A DNA stretch of 50,304 bases, filler included, from Basidiobolus ranarum (taxonomy: Eukaryota): the NCBI GenBank assembly GCA_040143965.1. It is 2 parts of 2 records of this genome, joined end to end, with 100 filler letters (N's around TTAATTAATTAA, not from the genome) between each part and the next. Parts side by side here need not be neighbours in the genome. Positions count along the whole stretch, not along the records: positions 25,280 to 50,304 come from JASJQH010000145.1; 1 more part is not named here. One strand, 5' to 3'. The translations under genes and the position numbers were made by a program. The notes beneath the pieces were generated by a model. It saw only the letters and a list, made by a program, of their open reading frames with translations. It was not told the origin of the DNA and searched no databases. Shown here piece after piece: positions 42,151 to 50,304 of this stretch. Numbering within the stretch: position 1 is the first letter of the stretch; every line of letters begins with the position of its first letter.

Positions 42151-45100
42151 ATGAAGCTGATATCTGTATCTTCTGTTAACGGTTGTATCTATGGTGTGCT
42201 TCTAAATCTCTTCTTTCACTCTTTAACTTGCTCAGCGGCTTCCTCTCAACCAACACTTGCCACCAGTTTAATTACATCCTTGAATGCTCGCGCGACACCT
42301 TCTAACTCTCTGATAGGCTTGAGTAGCCATACTCCCACACCCACAGTCTCTCCTTTATCACAAGGATTGGATTTTACTCAGCTCACCAGTACTGATATTA
42401 CGACGGTTGAACAATGCCCTGGCACTTCGGTAAAGCGTTACTTCATAGAATAGCTTAGATTGTGAGTTTACTTACACCGGCATTTCTATAAATCATCTTT
42501 GTAGCCTGAATATAACGATAGATGTATCTGCGCACGAACAAAGCACTGGACTTGTCCAGCAGGGTAATATTCCTCGAGATTTGGCCTATTTCGAGATGAT
42601 CATTCCCTTTCCTCTAATTTATTCCATTGAACTTTAGATACTTTTGTCAAAAGCCTGGGGAAAAGATCAAGTGTACCGATGGATTCTATTGTCCAGAGAA
42701 TACATTTCAGCCATCCTTTTGTTGTCCAGGATACTACTGTTCAACCAATACAACGGTAATCAAATTGTGCGAGGAGGGAATGTTTTGTCTTGCTGGTAAG
42801 TATCTTCGATATTCCACATCTTATCTGGGATAAAGTTTATTGGGGCCAAGTTGCACTTTCATGAATGTTCGCTTAACTATCTTTATGTTAGGCTCGACCA
42901 AGCCATTATCGTGTATTCTGGGATACTGTCCTGCTGGATCGTTTACAATCCGAAAATATAATATATTCTTGATCTTTCTTATCCTTTTGCTAGTGGCAGC
43001 GATGTTCTTTGCCTTTAGAGCTAGAAGGATACGTTACAGGCAATTAAAATACGCTATAAGAATCGAAGGGATTCAGAAAACCAAGAAACCATTTATGGAA
43101 AGATCTTCCACTTTGTCGAGAGTTAAAAAAAGGTTCGAAATTCAATTTGAAGATATCGGACTTCGTCTACCTAATGGCGTGGAGATTATGAAGGTATCTC
43201 TTCTTTTGCTCCCAATCCTTGTGTGATTTCTACGAGCTCTTTCCTAACTGAAATCCATATCACCTAGGGAGTGTCTGGAGAGTTGCGTCCAGGTAGAACT
43301 TGTGCCATCATGGGTCCATCTGGTGCAGGAAAAACAACCTTCATTTCTCTTCTAACTGGAAAAGTACGAAAGACTAATGGCGAGATAAAAATCAATGGCA
43401 AGATTGAGGATCTGTCGAAATATCGAAGGCTCACCGGCTTCGTACCTCAGGAAGATGTGATGTTACGGAAACTAACTGTACAAAGTATTCTCATGCACTC
43501 GGCGAGAATGCGACTTCCCACTGAATGGACCACCGCTACGAAGAAAAATAAGGTACTTGAGGTAATAGATTACCTCGGATTGAGTCATATTATGAATTCT
43601 ATCATTGGTGATGAAGAAGAACGGGGAGTTTCGGGTGGACAACGAAAAAGAGTTAACATTGGAACAGAGGTAAGGAGGTGGCATCACGGTCCGTTCGAAA
43701 AGAATCGCAGTCACTAAATGGACCCATTTTCACTTTCAGTTGGTAGCCGAGCCTTCGATCCTGTTTTTGGATGAACCAACATCAGGTAGGATATTTTCAA
43801 GATACGTTGCGAATGCCATAAATTTACACCTCATATTTTAGGTCTAGATTCTTCCACATCCATGGAAATATGCACTCTTCTTTCTAGAATTGCGCATTAC
43901 CAAGGGCTTACCGTTGCTGCCATTATTCACTCACCCTCTCCTGTGGCCTTTGCTAAGTTTGATGATCTAATGCTGTTAGGAAAGGGGGGCAGATTAATCT
44001 ACTTGGGGCCCAGGGAGGAAGCTGGAGGATACTTTTCTAGTATTGGTTTTGAGTGCCCTCAAGACGCCTCACCTGCCGATTACTACATGGATGTGGCGTC
44101 GGGTAAAATCCCGTGTAAACTTAATCCAGATTTTCATCCATCCGATCTTTTCGAGATGTGGGAGAAGAAGAAAGAAGGAAAGCTCCCAGGATACCGACTG
44201 AGCATCGGCTGCCAAGACTCCAAGTTAGATCCCACATCATTGTCAAGCCCAAGTAAAGGGTCAAGGTTTACGCAGGCCCTCAATGGTATCAAGCTTGCCA
44301 CAATAAGCTTATTTAATGATACATATTACTGGTTTCATTCTGTCTTCGTGGAACTATTAATGACTTTCGTATCTATATATCGATACATTACATGCCATTC
44401 AGATGCGATTCGAAATACTCCTGGTCCATTTCAGGTATTTTGGCTTTGTCTTCGAAGAGCCTGTCATCAAGTGATACGAAGCAAAAGTGAATTCTTTATA
44501 GATCAGCTGCTACATCTTGGCGCAGGTATGCAATATTCAAAACATGCTGTTGCTCTTCACATTACTAATGCCACTACTCTCAGGGCTATTCATCTCTATT
44601 GCTGCTCAGAAGGCAGTTTATCTCGGACCTCTACCAGAAGAAGTGTGCTCCTACGCTCCACTGCCTTTACAACAGCGATGTGCGTTACCGTATTCAGATA
44701 TGGTGCGGAATATTGGCAGTTTTGTGGCTTGGGGGATAGGCTTCGCAGGTATCGCTTCAGGGGCTGGGACCTTTGGTAATGAAAGAGTAGTATTCTGGAG
44801 AGAAACTGCTTCAGGAATGCCTACTCTTCCATACTTCTTAGCCAAAGCTATATCAGACATTCCACGTATAGTATTGGCCTCTTTAATGTTCACGTTGGCA
44901 TTTATCATAAATTATGCAAATAATACTTCGATATGGAGACTTTATGTAATAACTCTTTCCCTATATTTTGTGGGATTTAGTACTGGTAATTTATCCATCT
45001 CTTCCAATAATCCAACTGTTCATTCCTGACATTTCAGTCCCGGTTAAACAGGATATTTCATCTCTGCCTTGGTGAAGAAAGAGCAGGCTGCTCTTGTGGG

Positions 45101-45599
45101 GGTTGTTATTGCGTTGGTCTGGGCTATTGGTAGATATACATTCTAGCTTACTAGTGAGCTTTGAGAATCTTATTAACACTTGATATTATAGCATTTAGTG
45201 GTGTAGAGCCATCCCTCAACAAGGTTTACGAAGATTATCCACCTAGTATAAGATGGATCTGGGACGTAAGTGTATCATAGTTGACTTTTTACAAGAAATG
45301 TAGGCTCAATTGTTCCAAATATGCTTATAGATATCTGCTCCAAGATGGGCAATTAGTGCTTTCTACATAGCGGAAACGGATGCTAGAAAGTAAGGAACAT
45401 ATATTTAACAGAATATGAAGAGTTATTGTTGAGCTTATTTTATTTCAGTTACTTCCGTATTGAAAGTGGGCGAAACTTCTATGGCTATGTAAATGATGCT
45501 TATTGGTCAGATATACGGAATGTATTCATCATCGCAGCTGGATACCAAGTTCTAGCATTTTTCGCTCTGAAACTATCCCATCGTGATCGTCAAACCTAA
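42151..45599 (+). CDS. ABCG (White-type) half-transporter with signal peptide and Cys-rich extracellular N-terminal domain, multi-exon
   Basis: Hydrophobic leader, a Ser/Thr-rich stretch, Cys repeats (CTDGFYCP, CCPGYYC, CEEGMFC, YCPAG) and a TM helix. The NBD has Walker A GPSGAGKT, Q-loop GFVPQEDV, signature VSGGQRKRV, Walker B LFLDEPTSGLD and IIHSP. The C-terminal TMD contains ERVVFWRETASG. Stop TAA at 45597-45599. Confidence 0.9.
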
Positions 45600-45694
45600 C
45601 CCTATTTGGTAATAAAGGTTATTTTATACCAACAGTGTTTTAATCTAAAATGAGAGGAATTAAAAAAATCAATTAGACATTTAATAAAATAAAT

Positions 45695-47567
45695 CGGATG
45701 ATCGCAAAAAATTGGAGATAAGTGAAGACACATGGCAAAAGAAACTTACTCTGTATCAAATGTTTAGTGTAGCACCAACCACACAGGATTGTTTGATTTT
45801 TTCGTTGGTCGACCGCTGCTAGCTGATGAGATAACCTTTCTTTTATATCCGGTAGAGAGAGGTTCCTTCAATCTGCAAAAACGTTCTGGTCTTTCCCCAG
45901 TTGAGCGCAAGTTAAAAAGGATATGTCAAAGTAGCAGCCAGTTTACGATTCCAAAGACGATGGTGAGAATCTTCAGTAGTATTGGCCACGACTTTTAAAC
46001 ACTATTGGTTTTTGCACCTGAATAGAAATTAGGTTTGAATTTTTTACTCGCATATAAAAAGCGTTTACCTTAAAAAGACGTGACGATATACAATAGGATA
46101 CTTTTCTCCTTTGTATGGTCTAGGATTTTGGACTTTTTGAAACTTTTCAAGTATACCGTTCTGGCAAGTAGGGCACAGACTTGAAGTTTTAAATTCGTCC
46201 AGGAGGTATAGCTGGAAGCCTTCTTTGGCTAACATTTTTCTCATTCTGACGCCTCTATTGGGCTCATGATACTTTACATTTCCAGTCGATTAGTTACCAA
46301 GTATTAATATAGTATCATTCCCAAACTTCTCTTGAAGGTTCTTGGCAAGCCGTTTGTCTGATTGTAGTTGGTTAATGAAACTTGAGAGTTTAATTTTTCT
46401 AAAAGGTAACAAACCGCTGGTACGCTGGTCTTCTCCTGCAGGGCAATCTTCATTTCAGTAATACGCTCTCATGACCGGAGTAACTTTGGCTTTTTCTTGA
46501 AGATACTTGACAAACTTGTCTTTGTTGGCAGTTGAAGATTTCAGATGTGATAGGGAAAGCTCAGCTGCGATGACTTGGTCTGTCTTTAAGTTCTCTCTGA
46601 GCTTCCTGAATTTTCTGTATTTTGTTTCAATTGCTTTTTGGTGGCTTGTATATCGGTAAACCATTTTGTTTTCAGCAGTACTTTCTTCGTGCATACAGTA
46701 CAGCAAATCGCGACATCCAGGATCAATTAGCACACATTTGCCAACACCGGCCTTCAACTCTTCTCTTCCCAACTTCTCCACATACTGAAACTCCTCTTCT
46801 GAAGCAAGAGACTTTGACTTTGCACCACTGCCACCGCCATCCTTCTTCGTATCGTGGTTTTGCTTTAACACCGACACACCTACACCATTTGTGTACATCA
46901 TACCTCTAAACTTCGTGGACTTCCTTTTTCCTAGTGGTTTCATTGCCTTTGCTTGACCTTCTTTATATGCTCTGTTATAGTCTTTATGGCTGCCCTAAGC
47001 TCTTTCTCGCTTCCCCCATTCTTCTTCATTTCGCTTTCCAGTGCCTTGATTCTCTCATTCTTCTTCAAGAGCAAGTTAAGAAACATTCTAACTTTGTTTC
47101 CGAATTGAAGTTTGGCCCCGTTCGGATAAGCAGTGACAATTTTTGCCACTTCATAAGAAGCTATCTGATGAGCATACTTCATGTTGACTGGTTCGTCAGA
47201 GCAGCACTGACGATACTTGAGTATTAGAACTTTTTAGGATCTTGAGTCTGTCGAAGCTTTCTGTTTGTCTGACTTGTAGTTATTGAGGAGTGACGAAAAG
47301 ACTTCTTTAAAAAAGCTAACATTAATGTAATCCTCCAAAAGAAATGCAGAATTATATTCCAGTTCATGAGTAAAGATGTACTTCAAAAAGGAAAATGTCT
47401 GTGACACAAAGGTATGAACGTTAGCTACAAGTGACATGAGTTGTGGAACATATTGTGGCTTCTACCTAATACCAGCGATTGAGCTTTTGACTGCTATAAT
47501 CTTTAGAGGTGGTTCCATAAAGAGAAGAAGAGAAAAAGCGAATTGACCTCTTTTTTAGTTTACGGAT
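45695..47567 (-). mobile_element. Non-autonomous, decayed Fanzor (TnpB-derived) element, about 1.87 kb
   Basis: Contains a broken Fanzor ORF. The putative boundaries are the same 5-mer ATCCG on the minus strand at 47567-47563 and 45699-45695. No transposase ORF or terminal inverted repeat is visible, so the ends are tentative. Confidence 0.7.
45764..47518 (-). pseudogene. Fanzor (probably Fanzor1-type) RuvC/Zn-finger RNA-guided nuclease pseudogene with one spliceosomal intron
   Basis: N-terminus MEPPLKIIAVKSSIAGIR*KP..LVANVHTFVSQTFSFLKYIF..FFKEVF, QIASYE..KIVTAY..FGN and FRGMMYTNGVGVSV (cf. TDGV). RuvC-I is VLIDPGCRDL (D at 46722-46724). ILGN*S..HEPNRG leads to RuvC-II LDEFKTSSLCPTC (E at 46194-46196). 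Intron 46068-46018 precedes R|CKNQ*C. The RuvC-III region reads RLWNRKLAA (D replaced by K at 45942-45944), then HILFNLRSTGERPERFCR. Stops at 47462, 46455, 46290 and 46002, plus frameshifts and an internal deletion near 46940. Confidence 0.85.
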
Positions 47568-48159
47568 AGAAAAGTTTGTTAAACATATACTCTCAATTTT
47601 GTTGGTTCACTTTTCTCATAGCAGGTGCAAGATTGGTGGCTTAGGCACCAGAATGAATGCTAACATGAGAGTGTGGTGGGTATATAATTAATAATCATAA
47701 ATGATGGCGCTCTGTCTATATGCATACGATTGACAAATAATGCTATATATTTTCACATTCCTCTTCATGTTCCCATCGCTGGTTGGCTAATAATATACAG
47801 TCACTCCAAGTTCATGCTTGAACCGTAACCCGAATTTGAACCATATTGGGATTTTATCTCAAGCAGTTGGTCAAGGTGGGGAAAGGCGGGGAATACTCTT
47901 ACTTATTAGGAACTCCAAATCATTTACATTGGTTCAGCAAATAAGAACCTTGAACTCGACACGTGAGTCAAATGCCAAGTCTATAAAAATTTACACCAGT
48001 ATTTATTCTCCATTTGAGCTAACAGTATCTTAGAACCTACTTCACCACTAAAGTCTTATAATCATGAATAATGTTGTCTCTAATCACCATTTCACTATAC
48101 CTATTAATCTTATATCTCTCGAGGAAACTTTTTTCGTTACTTTATGCTGATTTAATTGG

Positions 48160-49129
48160 ACATTTACTTGTTGAAATCGTTTTGGTAGCTGGGAAAAATA
48201 TGCGGCCTACTTTCTCGTAGAGGCTTTTACCTTGATAGGAAAGCTTGAAATGCTTTTGTTAGTATTCGAAGGTGACATGAGTATTGGACTTTCTCATGTC
48301 AAAGGAGCTTTTTCTCAAGCATTGCTTATCGCATTGACTGGAACCTTGTTACCTTTCGGAGTAGGTACTTTGGTGTGCCACTTTCTCTTTAAATTTGGCT
48401 TACTCGAAGCGGTCATATCTTCTGCTTCATTGGCAAGTACCTCTATTGGAATCATAATAATAATTTCAAGTCAGCAAGGTATAACGAAGACTACTTTTGG
48501 CGTACTCATCATGATTGCTGCGTTATTAGACGATGTCTTTAGTTTAATAATTCTTGCGGTTATGAAAGAGATTGGTCCTATTATGAATGGTACTCATGAT
48601 ACAGTACAGCCTTGGCTAATAGCTCGTCCATTTGTGGTTTCAGTGGGATTCATTCTACTAGCTTTCGGGTGTTTCTTTGATTTAAAACTCGCTGCAAGTT
48701 CCTTCAGTAGAAACTTTCTCGACCTTTCCACTTTAGAGAAGGATACGTTGCCTAATGCATATTCCAGCAGTCCAAGGAAAGCTTCCAATTAGGCCGATGA
48801 TAAACAGCATTGCTATACATATCAGCTTAAAATATTTCTACTATCAAATGGGTTCCTTAATCGCGCTATCCTACTCTTGATTCTTGTAGTTGATTGTGTT
48901 TTCTGTTCTTGTTGAAATACTGGGCAGCTCAGAACTTCTTGGAGCTTTCGTAGCAGGGTTCATATTTGCCCCATATTCACTTCCAATTGACCTTTTTCAT
49001 AGTCATGTTCACCCAATCATAACTTTGACAACACCAATTTTCTTCTCATCTATTGGATTCATCGTACCCGTTTCATCCCTTTTCAATGCAGAAAATCTTT
49101 GTTGTCACTGTTTCTTGGTTATATTATAA
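48160..49129 (+). pseudogene. Cation/H+ antiporter (CPA2/Kef-like, Na_H_Exchanger family) remnant
   Basis: IGKLEMLLLVFEG, TGTLLPFGVG, ASLASTSIG, AALLDDVFSLIILA, GSSELLGAFVAG and PIFFSSIGF.VP are recognisable. There is an in-frame TAG at 48790-48792, a frameshift before 48890, a broken 5' part and no C-terminal helices after 49129. Confidence 0.75.
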
Positions 49130-49784
49130 CTCTTTTACATCTAACATTTATGGAGAAAGAGCACCAAGCGATATGTTATCCAAAAATGCCATGTACATAG
49201 CGTTGTTTTAGAGGTCTACAAAGAATCAATGATAGACCTCATGACCAGGATCTCCATAGTTGAGAAGAAGCATTATAAGGTAGTAACCTCTTATGTCCCA
49301 GCGTTATACATCTGCAGCTTTGTAGTTTTTTCTTTCTATCCATTGCAGCACTAATGGGGTCTGACACTCGTTAGGTCTGAGATGAAGTATTTTTGTGACA
49401 TAAAATATTGATCTGATATGTCAGACATCCAATGGCAGCATTACTAGCTATGGTAACGGAGAGCAAATTAGAAAAAGATGCAAGGAGCTACTTGTGAACC
49501 CACCAGCAAAGAGTATGCTACAGATCTAAGTGCTAGATTAGTATATAAGCCCGCGACCAGTTACTATGTAGCACAAGTGATGGTGAACTTCAGAGACTTG
49601 GCCTCGATAAATTATCGAAAAATATGGATAGAAAAAATATTTAAGGGTAGATTGAATCTTTAATTTAATATCTTTAACGAATAATCTATTGTCAAGGAAT
49701 GTATGGAAATTATTCCCAGAATCTTGTTCATATGTTAGAATATATTTGTGGGTTGGAATCAGTTTTATGGTAGTATGAATACAC

Positions 49785-50303
49785 TCAGTATTTATAAGCT
49801 GAACCGCCTCCATTGCCACCGTAATCACCGCCAGATCCACCACCACCATATTCACCACCTTCACCGCCTCCATCACCTCCATAGCTATTGCCAGATCCAC
49901 CACCACCACCGTATTTGCCACCTTCACCTCCTCCGTTGCCTCCATAATCACCTCCACCACTATATTTGCCGCCTTCGCCTCCTCCATTACCACCGTAGTC
50001 ACCGCCGGATCCACCACCACCGTATTTATCACTTTCCCCTCCTCCGTGACCGCCGTATTCAACGCCTGATCCGCCACCACCACCATATTTGTCACCTTCA
50101 CCACTTCCTTTGCCCCCGTAATCACCGCTTGATCTACCACCACCACCGCCATAATTACCGCCTGATCCACCACCACCACTATATTTGCCACCTTCACCAC
50201 CTCCATTGCCTCCGTAGTCACCGCCGGATCCACCACCACAACATCCGGCATATATGCCGCCTGCACATACTACGGGGCCTCCATAAACTCCGCCAGAACA
50301 AGC
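49785..50303 (-). CDS. 3' part of a Gly/Tyr-rich repetitive structural protein with a Cys-containing segment (runs off window)
   Basis: The likely true frame (not the ORF-track frame) is ACSGGVYGGPVVCAGGIYAGCC followed by about 7 repeats of GGGSGGDYGGNGGGEGGKY and ending GGSAYKY*. Stop TGA at 49785-49787. Repeats vary mainly at third codon positions in this frame. Confidence 0.8.
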   Translation of the reverse strand, partial: ACSGGVYGGPVVCAGGIYAGCCGGGSGGDYGGNGGGEGGKYSGGGGSGGNYGGGGGRSSGDYGGKGSGEGDKYGGGGGSGVEYGGHGGGESDKYGGGGSGGDYGGNGGGEGGKYSGGGDYGGNGGGEGGKYGGGGGSGNSYGGDGGGEGGEYGGGGSGGDYGGNGGGSAYKY

Positions 50304-50304
50304 G

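Noticed and set aside
7355-47965. CACGTG E-boxes at 7355, 26235, 34991, 35271, 41156 and 47960
   Set aside because: About six are expected by chance in 50 kb at this base composition, so there is no clear enrichment.
49538-50266. 242-aa Val/Ala-rich ORF from the track
   Set aside because: It is an off-frame shadow of the Gly/Tyr repeat gene; the GGN codon pattern identifies the other frame as coding.

Overview
AT-rich, intron-dense eukaryotic DNA with short GT-AG introns of about 45-150 nt. The gene content is fungal (DAD4, RLM1-type MADS box, FPR3/4, TAO3, COX13). An early-diverging fungus such as Basidiobolus or another zygomycete is my inference and was not verified. I identify 18 complete protein genes: DUF1295, DPP-IV, a Muted/BLOC1S5-like gene, ALG2, TAO3, RPL39, two tandem nucleoplasmin-FKBPs, NAP1, BDP1, DAD4, a rhodanese-methyltransferase fusion, U2AF65, a PQ-loop protein, RAD52, RLM1/MEF2, COX13 and a Cys-rich ABCG half-transporter. 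Muted, RPL39 and DAD4 are absent from the ORF track. There are also partial Gly-rich and Cys-rich genes at an artificial 100-bp scaffold gap and at the window end. The main highlight is a decayed, intron-containing Fanzor (eukaryotic TnpB-derived RNA-guided nuclease) element at about 45.7-47.6 kb, bounded by ATCCG direct repeats and carrying a candidate omega-RNA end. Other highlights are a decayed RNase Z (TRZ1) gene hidden in intergenic DNA, a CPA2 antiporter pseudogene, an FKBP paralog with F36V/W59L/F99Y-equivalent changes, and an 8-nt micro-exon in DPP-IV. All family calls come from motif recognition by eye; no database searches were run.
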